A stretch of DNA of 13,829 nucleotides from Verrucomicrobiota bacterium (GCA_038214755.1 JBBQRQ010000122.1:1-13829), one strand, 5' to 3'. Numbered from the stretch's first letter, positions 1 through 7,382 are shown. A program made the numbers and translations. The notes: generated by a model not told the origin, from the sequence alone.

Positions 1-86
1 ATGGTTTCCAAGATACGGTTGGCAATGCCGCGCTGTTGCACGGCCAGATCAAAGAAGGTCGGTTGGTTCGCTCGTTTAGGTTGCAT
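1..86 (-). CDS. N-terminal fragment of a probable IS5-family transposase (partial)
   Basis: Manual translation from the ATG at 86 gives MQPKRANQPTFFDLAVQQRGIANRILET..., open to the edge. The Q-x-T/S-F-F-D start followed by a basic helix resembles IS5-family transposase N-termini. Only 28 codons are visible. Confidence 0.55.
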   Translation of the reverse strand, partial: MQPKRANQPTFFDLAVQQRGIANRILET

Positions 87-141
87 GATTTTCAGATGAC
101 CTCACTACCCTCATTGTTCAAAAAACTTTTGCAGAGATTTC
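1..141 (-). mobile_element. Left end of an IS5-family (IS1106/IS5 subgroup-like) insertion sequence, truncated by the window edge
   Basis: Bases 127-141 read GAAATCTCTGCAAAA on the minus strand, resembling the GAGACCTTTGCAAAA-type terminal inverted repeat of IS1106-like elements. An ORF starts about 40 bp inside it and runs off the window edge, as expected at a contig break in a repeated element. Confidence 0.65.
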
Positions 142-277
142 TGAAAGAGTTGAATCAAATCGCTTTGAGAGGGGATTTGATGCAACCCGTTCCGGGTTGA
201 TAATTTGTTGGCAACCGGACCCAGCGTAGCTCGTTCCTCGCAACGCTGGGCTGAATGATTTTAATCCCGTTGGGATT
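141..277. repeat. Multi-hairpin REP-like palindromic element, cut on its left by the IS end
   Basis: Inverted repeats are 149-161/174-186 (gttgaatcaaatc/gatttgatgcaac, 1 mismatch), 183-199 (caacccg-ttc-cgggttg), 220-227/243-250 (cccagcgt/acgctggg) and 263-277 (aatccc-gtt-gggatt). Confidence 0.7.
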
Positions 278-370
278 GGGGACGCCCGAAGAATTGTGGG
301 TAATGGCAAGGCCGGAGGCAGCTGCTACCCGAAGATTGTCTGCGCTCGGAATTGAGCAATACTTCCTTTC

Positions 371-1972
371 ATGGCCGAAATAATTCTTTCCACGCTCAAC
401 GCCAAATATATTCATGCGTCCTTTGGCCTGCGCTATTTGCTGGCCAATCTGGACGGATTGCGCGAGCACGCCGCGCTTCTCGAATTCGACATCAACCAAA
501 AGCCGCTCGACCTCGTGGAAATTTTACTCGCGCAGAATCCAAGAATCATCGGGCTGGGAATTTATATTTGGAACGTGGCTGAAACGACGGAGGTTGTCGC
601 CGCGCTTAAACGGCTTCGTCCCGAAATCACTGTTATCCTGGGCGGACCGGAGGTTAGTTTTGAAATGGAGCAGCAAGAGATTGTTCGGCTCGCAGATTAC
701 GTCATCACGGGCGAAGCGGATTTCAAATTTGCGGAAGTTTGCCAGCAACTTCTGCGCGGCGAAAAGCCCGCCGCGAAAATTATTCCAGCAGAGCTTCCCG
801 ATCTGGCGCGATTGGCTTTGCCCTACGAATTTTATTCTGACGATGACGTGGCGCATCGAATCATTTACGTGGAGGCATCGCGCGGCTGCCCGTTCACCTG
901 CGAATTTTGTTTGTCGTCGCTCGATGTTCCCGTTCGGCAAATCCCATTGCCTTCGCTTCTGGAAAATCTGGAAAGACTTCTCCATCGCGGTGTGAAGCAA
1001 TTTAAATTTGTCGATCGCACCTTCAATCTGAATCTGAACACCAGCCGCGCCATCCTTGAATTTTTTCTCGTGCGAATGAAGCCGGGGTTGTTTGTGCATT
1101 TCGAAATGATTCCAGATCGTTTGCCGGAAACGTTGCGTGACCTTATTTCTAAATTTCCACCGGGCGTTTTACAATTTGAAGTCGGCATCCAAACTTTTGA
1201 TGAAGCCGTTTCAAAGAATATCAGCCGCCGGCAGGATTACGCGAAGCTCGCTGATAACTTTCATTTTCTGCGGGAGAAAACCGGCGTCCACATTCATGCG
1301 GATTTGATCGTCGGGTTGCCGGGCGAGACGCTCGAAAGTTTTGCCAGAGGTTTTGATCGGCTGGTCGCATTGCGTCCGCAGGAAATTCAAGTGGGCATTC
1401 TCAAGCGGCTGCGCGGGACTCCGATCGTGCGTCACGACAAAACCTGGGAGATGGTTTACGCCGCCAATCCGCCTTACGAAATTTTGCAAAACAAGCTGAT
1501 CGATTTTGCCACGATGCAAAAAATGCGGCGGTTCGCGCGCTACTGGGACTTGATTGGGAACAGTGGAAATTTTGTCGGCGCGTTGCCGCTCCTGTGGAGC
1601 GGAGAAAAGAAAGTGCTGCCGAAATCCTCTCGGCAGTCGGTCTCTGCGGTTGCAACTTCTGCCGACAGAATGTCGGCAGCACTTTCTCCGTTCGCGAATT
1701 TCATGCGGCTGAGCGAATGGCTCTTTGCGAAAGTTGGCCGACAACACAGCATCGCGTTGCTGCGTTTGTCTGAATTATTTTTCCAATTTCTCACCGAAGA
1801 AATGGACTTGGAGAAATGCGAAACCGCCGAAATCTTCTGGCGCGATTGGCAGCGCGCGGGTCGAACCGAAAGACCAGTTTTTCTGCGCGAGTTTATTTTC
1901 AATGCGCCCGTCCGCTCGCCTCGGCCAAACAATTTGCCCAAGCGCCAGTCCCGCCATCTCGCGCCGGTTTGA
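371..1972 (+). CDS. B12-binding domain radical SAM protein (probable C-terminal DUF4080-type region)
   Basis: 533 aa. N-terminal cobalamin-binding-like region (GIYIWN, ILGGPEVS, VITGEAD), radical SAM motif CxxxCxxC (SRGCPFTCEFC), FVDRTFN, EVGIQT and DLIVGLPGET. Confidence 0.9.
   Translation: MAEIILSTLNAKYIHASFGLRYLLANLDGLREHAALLEFDINQKPLDLVEILLAQNPRIIGLGIYIWNVAETTEVVAALKRLRPEITVILGGPEVSFEMEQQEIVRLADYVITGEADFKFAEVCQQLLRGEKPAAKIIPAELPDLARLALPYEFYSDDDVAHRIIYVEASRGCPFTCEFCLSSLDVPVRQIPLPSLLENLERLLHRGVKQFKFVDRTFNLNLNTSRAILEFFLVRMKPGLFVHFEMIPDRLPETLRDLISKFPPGVLQFEVGIQTFDEAVSKNISRRQDYAKLADNFHFLREKTGVHIHADLIVGLPGETLESFARGFDRLVALRPQEIQVGILKRLRGTPIVRHDKTWEMVYAANPPYEILQNKLIDFATMQKMRRFARYWDLIGNSGNFVGALPLLWSGEKKVLPKSSRQSVSAVATSADRMSAALSPFANFMRLSEWLFAKVGRQHSIALLRLSELFFQFLTEEMDLEKCETAEIFWRDWQRAGRTERPVFLREFIFNAPVRSPRPNNLPKRQSRHLAPV
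1608..1687. repeat. REP doublet (REPIN-like) palindrome inside the radical SAM CDS
   Basis: Perfect 15-bp terminal inverted repeat agaaagtgctgccga (1608-1622) / tcggcagcactttct (1673-1687). Each arm is itself a hairpin: ctgccga-aatcctc-tcggcag (1616-1636) and ctgccgaca-gaa-tgtcggcag (1659-1679). Confidence 0.8.
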
Positions 1973-2010
1973 TTTGTTTTGGAAATCCATTTTTTTTATT
2001 TGCGTGTGAC

Positions 2011-2081
2011 GGAACGCCGATCTCCTGATCGGCCTTGGCGCGCTCGGCTTTTTGCCGAGCCGATCGGGAGATCGGCGTTCC
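2011..2081. repeat. REPIN-like inverted doublet, GGAAC family, copy 1
   Basis: ggaacgccgatctcctgatcggc (2011-2033) and its inverse (2059-2081, 1 mismatch). Each arm folds as GCCGATC-N4-GATCGGC. The same arms recur at 7311-7382. Confidence 0.85.
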
Positions 2082-2147
2082 TCTACCAAAAAGCCTGACG
2101 GTAAAGTGAGGTTGCTCCCTCGGAAGTGGCGGACTTATTTTTTTAGT

Positions 2148-2531
2148 ATGAAAGATTCACCAACCACCAGCGGACGGATTTCAGATCACACCCACGGCCT
2201 CGGCACCGTCACCAATGAGATGGTGACTCAACGCGCGAAAGAATTGGCGGTGATCAACGGGCGCGACCGGGCGAAATTTACCGAAGCTGATTGGCAGCAG
2301 GCGCGGCGTGAATTGTCAGGCCAGCAATTGTTCGATGACCGCCAAACGGAGGAGCCGGTCGAAGGACTTACCGAATGGGACGAGAAGCCGGATGTTTTAG
2401 AGCATCGCGTGAAAAATAGTCCGCCGTCCGACGAGCAAACGGTCGCCGAGCATTTAACTCGCGAAGGGTTGGAAGAAGCGGCGCACGAGCAAATGTTGGA
2501 GGGAAGTCGCGAGCAAAAGAATCAGTTGTAG
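2148..2531 (+). CDS. Hypothetical protein with a DUF2934-like N-terminal motif and acidic C-terminus
   Basis: 127 aa from the ATG at 2148. The ORF-track start at 2052 lies inside the repeat. The motif VTQRAKELAVINGR...DWQQARREL resembles the DUF2934 pattern (RAyeL...G...DW..Ae.EL). The gene is co-oriented with the downstream cluster. Confidence 0.7.
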   Translation: MKDSPTTSGRISDHTHGLGTVTNEMVTQRAKELAVINGRDRAKFTEADWQQARRELSGQQLFDDRQTEEPVEGLTEWDEKPDVLEHRVKNSPPSDEQTVAEHLTREGLEEAAHEQMLEGSREQKNQL

Positions 2532-2562
2532 TTTTTCGGCGTCCAACGTGCGGGCAAAAATT

Positions 2563-3234
2563 ATGAGCGAAAGATTTCGTGATCGGAGCGAGGGGGGCCG
2601 CGTGTTGGCGGAAAAACTTCGGCATTATTCCAACAATCCAAACGTGGTGGTTCTCGCATTGCCGCGGGGAGGAGTTCCCGTTGGATATGAGGTCGCCAGA
2701 AAACTGGGCGCGCCGCTGGAGATTTTTTTGGTGCGAAAACTCGGCGTTCCCGGCCACCAAGAATTCGCGATGGGCGCGATTGCCTCTGGAGGATTTTGGT
2801 TCGTCAATCCGGACGTGGTTGAGCGGTTGGGAATTTCACCGCAAGAAGTTCAACAAGTTGTCGAGCAGGAAACACTGGAGTTGACGCGCCGAATGGAAGC
2901 GTACGGGATCGAATCCTCCAGCCTGCGCGTGCGCGACCGGATTCTCATTCTGGTCGATGATGGATTGGCGACAGGCTCGACGATGCGCGCCGCCATTGCC
3001 GCGCTCAAACGAGAACGCCCCGAGCGAATCGTCGTCGCGGTTCCGGTCGCATCCGCTTCGACCTGCCAGGAACTTTGGTCGGAAGCGGACGAAGTAGTTT
3101 GCGCGCGCACGCCGGAAGATTTTTACGCCGTTGGACAATGGTATGAAGATTTTTCGCAGACGTCGGACGATGAAGTGCGTGAACTGTTGCAACGCGCCCG
3201 GGTGCCCGTCGAAGCCACTTCTGGTCTGGCATAA
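2563..3234 (+). CDS. Type I phosphoribosyltransferase-family protein (Rv0571c/Rv2030c N-terminal-like)
   Basis: 223 aa. Motifs FRDRSEGGRVLA, LALPRGGVPV, VRKLGVPGHQEFAMGAIA, the PRPP-binding loop ILVDDGLATGSTM and AVGQWYEDFSQTSDDEV. Confidence 0.9.
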   Translation: MSERFRDRSEGGRVLAEKLRHYSNNPNVVVLALPRGGVPVGYEVARKLGAPLEIFLVRKLGVPGHQEFAMGAIASGGFWFVNPDVVERLGISPQEVQQVVEQETLELTRRMEAYGIESSSLRVRDRILILVDDGLATGSTMRAAIAALKRERPERIVVAVPVASASTCQELWSEADEVVCARTPEDFYAVGQWYEDFSQTSDDEVRELLQRARVPVEATSGLA

Positions 3235-3252
3235 TTCACTTGGAAAATAATT

Positions 3253-4596
3253 ATGGCAACGAGCCTTGGTGTGATCGAAGAGAGAATTCAGGAAGCCGCG
3301 AGCCCCATCAGCGGCGCGGCGAGTGATTACGATTCGCTCCTGAAAATGATCGGCGACGCGCGTTTCGTTTTGCTCGGCGAAGCGACGCATGGCACACACG
3401 AATTTTATAAAGCGCGCGCCGAAATCACCAAACGGCTGATCCGTGAAAAAGATTTCAACGCCGTCGCGGTGGAAGCGGATTGGCCCGATGCGTATCGCGT
3501 CAATCGGTTTGTGCGCGGCGACACTACCGACGGCGACAGCGAAGAAGCGCTGGGCGGCTTCAAACGTTTTCCAACCTGGATGTGGCGGAACGCCGACGTG
3601 TTGGATTTTGTCGGCTGGCTGCGCGAGCACAACGATCAACTCGGCGATGCCAAAAATAAAACCGGTTTTTACGGCCTTGATCTCTACAGCCTTCACACGT
3701 CGATCCATTCGGTTTTGGATTATTTAAAAAAAATTGATCCCGAAGAAGCTGGCCGCGCGAGGTCCCGCTATTCCTGCTTCGATCAATACGGCCCCGACGC
3801 GCAGTCCTACGCTCAGTCCGCCAATTTTGGTTTCCTCGAATCGTGTGAGAAAGAAGTGATCGCGCAACTGATCGAGTTGCGCCGCCGCGCCAGTGATTAT
3901 TCGCAGCGCGATGGGAACGTTGCTGCTGACGAATATTTTTTCGCCGAACAAAATGCGCGCCTGATCAAAAATGCCGAGGAATATTATCGCTCCATGTTTT
4001 ATGGCCGCGTTTCGAGTTGGAACCTGCGCGACCAACACATGGCCGAAACGCTGGCTGCTTTGGCGGCCCATCTGGAGCGGCAAACGAAAAAAAATAAAAT
4101 CGTCGTTTGGGAACACAACTCGCATCTCGGCGACGCGCGTGCCACCCAAATGAGCGAGCGCGGCGAGTTGAACGTCGGCCAATTGGTGCGGCAAAAATAC
4201 GGAGACGCCGCGCGATTGATCGGCTTCACCACTTACGACGGCTCAGTCACGGCCGCGTCCGCGTGGGACGAGCCGCCGGAACGAAAACGAATTGTTCCTG
4301 CGTTGCCGGAAAGTTACGAAGCGCTTTTTCACGAGGTGGGGATTAAAAAATTTTCTCTTAACTTGCGCGACGACGCCGAGATCAAGGAACATTTGCGCGA
4401 GCCGCGTTTGGAACGGGCCATCGGCGTTCTTTATTTGCCGGAGACCGAGCGGATCAGTCATTATTTCGAGGCGCGCCTATCCGATCAGTTCGACGCGGTT
4501 CTGCATTTCGATAGAACAGGCGCCGTCGAACCGCTGGAGAGGACCGGCTTGTGGTCGAAGGACGAACCGCCGGAAACTTTTCCGACGGGGCTGTGA
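3253..4596 (+). CDS. Erythromycin esterase-family protein (Ere/Bcr-like fold, function unknown)
   Basis: 447 aa. Family motifs LLGEATHGTHEFY, AVEADWPD, FPTWMWRN, FYGLDLYS, WNLRDQHM, VWEHNSHLGDARAT, ERAIGVLY and FDAVLHFD. Confidence 0.9.
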   Translation: MATSLGVIEERIQEAASPISGAASDYDSLLKMIGDARFVLLGEATHGTHEFYKARAEITKRLIREKDFNAVAVEADWPDAYRVNRFVRGDTTDGDSEEALGGFKRFPTWMWRNADVLDFVGWLREHNDQLGDAKNKTGFYGLDLYSLHTSIHSVLDYLKKIDPEEAGRARSRYSCFDQYGPDAQSYAQSANFGFLESCEKEVIAQLIELRRRASDYSQRDGNVAADEYFFAEQNARLIKNAEEYYRSMFYGRVSSWNLRDQHMAETLAALAAHLERQTKKNKIVVWEHNSHLGDARATQMSERGELNVGQLVRQKYGDAARLIGFTTYDGSVTAASAWDEPPERKRIVPALPESYEALFHEVGIKKFSLNLRDDAEIKEHLREPRLERAIGVLYLPETERISHYFEARLSDQFDAVLHFDRTGAVEPLERTGLWSKDEPPETFPTGL

Positions 4597-4615
4597 GGGG
4601 GGAAATTTATTTTTT

Positions 4616-4984
4616 ATGACGACTCAGGAAATTGCCAGCGAGGAATGGGAACAATTCTGTGAAACGTTTACCGAGACCAATCGCAACTCGCTTCTGATCA
4701 TCGAAGTAATCGGCGCCGACGGAATTCGCACGGCGGTGGCGCGTGACCTGCCGTTGGACAAAATGTCGTTGGACAAAAGCGACGCTTGCAACGACGTCAT
4801 CACGATAAAGCTAGGGCAGGGGAGGATGACCCATTTTATCATCGAGCCGATCCACCTCAGACTCCGGCAATCCAAAGATGGAAAAAAACTGCTGGAGTTG
4901 GATGCTGAAAACGGAACGACGCTCGTGACGTTTCATTCGGGACGCTTTCCGCAAGTGATGGAAAACTCGACGGGCGTTCTCTGA
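4616..4984 (+). CDS. Hypothetical protein, DUF5335-like
   Basis: 122 aa from the ATG at 4616; the ORF-track extension to 4292 overlaps the esterase. MTTQEIASEEWEQFCETFT...IIEVIG...LPL resembles DUF5335 proteins. The gene fills the gap between its neighbours exactly. Confidence 0.7.
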   Translation: MTTQEIASEEWEQFCETFTETNRNSLLIIEVIGADGIRTAVARDLPLDKMSLDKSDACNDVITIKLGQGRMTHFIIEPIHLRLRQSKDGKKLLELDAENGTTLVTFHSGRFPQVMENSTGVL

Positions 4985-4992
4985 ATATTTTT

Positions 4993-5652
4993 ATGAAAAC
5001 AAATTTTGCGCAAACGAGTCAGGTCGCGATTCGCGCCGGAGACGTGGAACTGCAAGGCGACTTCGATCTGCCGGAAAATCCGCGCGGGATTGTTCTGTTT
5101 GCCCACGGCAGCGGCAGTGGGCGGCACAGTCCGCGAAATCGATTTGTCGCAAATGTTTTGCGCGAAGGCGGGTTGGGCACGCTGCTTCTGGATTTGCTTT
5201 CCGAGGAGGAGGAGACCGTTGACCTGCGGACGGGCCACCTGCGATTTGACATTCCATTTCTAGCGGAACGTTTGCTCTACGCGATTGATTGGCTGGGGCA
5301 AGATGAACGCGCGCGTGATGTGGGGATCGGTCTCTTTGGCGCAAGCACCGGCGCGGGCGCCGCCTTGATCGCCGCCGCGGACAAACCCGAGGTTGTGAAA
5401 GCGGTGGTCTCTCGCGGCGGGCGACCGGACTTGGCTGGCGTGGCTTTACGGAAAGTTCGAGCGCCCACGTTGTTCATCGTCGGCGGAGATGATGTTCCGG
5501 TCATCGAGTTGAATCGCCAGGCCATGAGTCAAATGTCTGCGCCGACAAAACTGGAGATCGTGCCGCGCGCCACTCATTTGTTTGAGGAGCCGGGTGCGCT
5601 GGAAAAAGTTTCTGAGTTGGCGATGAAATGGTTTCAGACTCATCTTGGTTGA
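4993..5652 (+). CDS. Dienelactone hydrolase-like alpha/beta hydrolase (Rv0571c C-terminal-like)
   Basis: 219 aa. Motifs VLFAHGSGSGRHSPRN, nucleophile elbow GLFGASTGAGAAL, VSRGGRPDLA, IVGGDD and ATHLFEEPGAL, consistent with a Ser-Asp-His triad. Confidence 0.9.
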   Translation: MKTNFAQTSQVAIRAGDVELQGDFDLPENPRGIVLFAHGSGSGRHSPRNRFVANVLREGGLGTLLLDLLSEEEETVDLRTGHLRFDIPFLAERLLYAIDWLGQDERARDVGIGLFGASTGAGAALIAAADKPEVVKAVVSRGGRPDLAGVALRKVRAPTLFIVGGDDVPVIELNRQAMSQMSAPTKLEIVPRATHLFEEPGALEKVSELAMKWFQTHLG

Positions 5653-5657
5653 CGATT

Positions 5658-5735
5658 GGAGCGCGGGGTTTAGCCCGCTTCAACATTGTTCCACCTTTGG
5701 AATCTCACCTCCAAGCGGGCTAAACCCCGCGCTCC
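5658..5735. repeat. REPIN-like inverted doublet, GGAG family; possible terminator between convergent genes
   Basis: Perfect 23-bp inverted repeat ggagcgcggggtttagcccgctt (5658-5680) / aagcgggctaaaccccgcgctcc (5713-5735). It has a GGAG foot and an internal GCGGG/CCCGC hairpin, is followed by tttt, and lies between the hydrolase stop and the rnpB 3' end. Confidence 0.8.
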
Positions 5736-5748
5736 TTTTAAAAGAAAA

Positions 5749-6298
5749 GATTTTGGAAGAGCTGTAAGCCGAATTTTGTCTGCGCTCTTGCGAGCGGAGA
5801 GAATCATTTGTCTGAGCAGCCAGACCCGGAACCCCGATGGATTTCTCCATCTTGAAGCGGGCCGCTTCGAGTTCCCTATTTGGCCTTGCACCCGATGGGG
5901 TTTTCCGTGCCGCTCCGCTTGCGCTCGGCGCGGTGGTCTCTTACACCACCTTTTCACCCTTACCCAGCCCTTCCTGAAATTCTCAAACTGGAAACTTTTT
6001 GAAACGCCTTCGCACCTCCGAAAAATTTCTGCAGCCGATAATTTGAGGAAGGGCTGGGCGGTTTAATTTTCTGTGGCACTGTCCGTCAAAACGTTTTTGC
6101 GTTTCGCCCGCGTGTATCCCAGCCCTTTCTAAAACCTTTCCGCAACTCGCGTCGCTAAATAATTTCGCGGTTCAACCCGAGGCGATCGGTGGTTTCAGAA
6201 AGGGCTGGGTTACGCGGCATCGTGCCCTGCGGTGTTCGGACTTTCCTCCTCCATCCCGCTCGCGCCGGACGAAAGCGATTCTCCGCTCTTCCAAAATC
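5749..6298 (-). ncRNA. rnpB: RNase P RNA (bacterial type A-derived), ~550 nt, enlarged
   Basis: The minus strand has the universal motifs GAGGAAAGUCCG, AGUGCCACAGAAA, AAACCG, GGGUGAAAAGGUGGUGUAAGAGACCACC, AAACCCC...GCAAGGCCAAAUAGG and ACAAAAUUCGGCUUAC. P1 is a perfect 14-bp inverted repeat (5749-5762/6285-6298). The exact mature ends are approximate. Confidence 0.97.
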
Positions 6299-6304
6299 AA
6301 ATGG

Positions 6305-6332
6305 AATCTAAACGGATTCAGTCCAATGACAA
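6305..6332 (-). promoter_or_regulatory. Putative sigma70-type promoter of rnpB
   Basis: Minus strand TTGTCA (6332-6327), 16-nt spacer, TAGATT (6310-6305), ending 6 nt before the P1 5' end at 6298. Confidence 0.65.
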
Positions 6333-6406
6333 GAGGACAGAAGAAAGAATCGCACCAACGCGCACTGGGGGAATTACGCGTTCCGATCTCCGCGTTGCGA
6401 GTTGCA

Positions 6407-7135
6407 TTAGTCCGCCACGGCCATATCCATATCCCGTGTGTAATAAAGAATTCGTCCGCAGTTCGGGCAGGTGACGATTTCCTCCTCGCGCCTGCAAGAG
6501 AGAACTATTTGCATGGGAAATTTCATGTGGCAACCGCCGCAAACTCCGTGCTGAATTCCGACCACGACATTTTCTCCTTTGGTTTTTACCAGCCGATCGT
6601 AACGGGTTCGCGCGCTTTCCTCGACCGCCGCCGCAAGCTCTTCCCGATTGGACGATAGTTCCGCCAATTCTTTTTTTAAGTTTTCTTCACGGCCGGCCAA
6701 ATCGGCAACCTGGCTCTCGACATGTTGCTTTGCTTCCTTCGCCGTTTGCGTCGCGCTGACCACTTCTTTTTGCACGGCCTCAGCTTCTTCCATCAACTCA
6801 AGTTCTTGGTCTTCAATTTTAACAATGGAGGCTTTGCAGCTTTCAATCTCATGGCCGATGGCGCGAAACTCCTCGTTCTTCTTCGTCTGAAATTGTTGGA
6901 CAGAATATTTCTCGATCTTTTGTTTCTGCGCTTCGACTTCGAGTTCCAAATCCTTGCGCTGCGATTCGATTTGTTTGCCGCGCAACTTACCGGCATCAAG
7001 GCTGGCCTGAGTGCTGGCGGCGCGCGCTTGCAGGAGCTGGCGTTCCGGATCGATGCGCGCCAACTCATCTTTGATCTGTGAAATTTTACGGTCGCGGTCC
7101 TGAAGAATGAGAAGTTTTTCGATCGATTCGAGCAT
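6407..7135 (-). CDS. Coiled-coil protein with C4-type zinc ribbon (COG1579; HP0958/CT398-like)
   Basis: 242 aa from the ATG at 7135 (alternative TTG at 7141). LLILQDRD start, a long coiled coil, then CGGCHM...CPNCGRILY. It lies immediately upstream of rnpB, a linkage known from several phyla. Confidence 0.92.
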   Translation of the reverse strand: MLESIEKLLILQDRDRKISQIKDELARIDPERQLLQARAASTQASLDAGKLRGKQIESQRKDLELEVEAQKQKIEKYSVQQFQTKKNEEFRAIGHEIESCKASIVKIEDQELELMEEAEAVQKEVVSATQTAKEAKQHVESQVADLAGREENLKKELAELSSNREELAAAVEESARTRYDRLVKTKGENVVVGIQHGVCGGCHMKFPMQIVLSCRREEEIVTCPNCGRILYYTRDMDMAVAD

Positions 7136-7167
7136 GGGCAAAAAGATAAAATCCGATGGCGAGAAAC

Positions 7168-7196
7168 ACGTTATCGGCTCAATTCGGGCAAGTCAA
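7168..7196 (-). promoter_or_regulatory. Putative sigma70-type promoter of the zinc-ribbon gene
   Basis: Minus strand TTGACT (7196-7191), 17-nt spacer, TAACGT (7173-7168). Confidence 0.55.
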
Positions 7197-7227
7197 CGCG
7201 CGGAATAACTTCGGGTGAATCAACCCG

Positions 7228-7262
7228 AAGGTTCAAAGTTTAAGGTTCAAAGTTCAAAGTTT
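7228..7262 (+). repeat. Heptamer tandem array, 5 x AA(A/G)GTT(C/T)
   Basis: aaggttc aaagttt aaggttc aaagttc aaagttt. Confidence 0.85.
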
Positions 7263-7310
7263 GAGTGGCATACGTGCAGTTGGGCGCATCTCAATTTCTT
7301 GAAAAATAAC

Positions 7311-7382
7311 GGAACGCCGATCTCCTGATCGGCTCGCGGAAGATGTGGACTGTTCCACTGCCGATCAGGAGATCGGCGTTCC
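7311..7382. repeat. REPIN-like inverted doublet, GGAAC family, copy 2
   Basis: Perfect 23-bp inverted repeat at 7311-7333/7360-7382. The left arm is identical to 2011-2033, but the spacer differs. Confidence 0.85.

Noticed and set aside
118..309. 63-aa ORF and the overlapping 155-499 ORF
   Set aside because: They are translations of the palindromic repeat, the IS end and the antisense of the radical SAM start.
2052..2147. Longer ORF-track N-termini (starts at 2052, 4292, 7477, 12330)
   Set aside because: These extensions begin inside repeats or overlap upstream genes. Downstream ATGs (2148, 4616, 7513, 12408/12426) fit the family N-termini better.
2836..3708. 290-aa minus-strand ORF and other antisense ORFs over the main genes
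   Set aside because: They are shadows of well-supported plus-strand genes and show no family motifs.
3253..4596. Macrolide resistance gene (ereA/ereB)
   Set aside because: The motifs (FPTWMWRN, HLGDARAT) and the PRTase neighbour point to the widespread chromosomal Rv2030c-like subgroup. There is no integron or mobile context, so resistance cannot be inferred.
5963..6209. tRNA or self-splicing intron inside rnpB
   Set aside because: Neither hairpin shows a cloverleaf or T-loop motif or group I/II intron core motifs, and both are far too short for a self-splicing intron.
5670..6474. ORFs 5686-6066, 5670-5957 and 6232-6474 as proteins
   Set aside because: They overlap the RNase P RNA gene and a REPIN and have no recognisable protein motifs.
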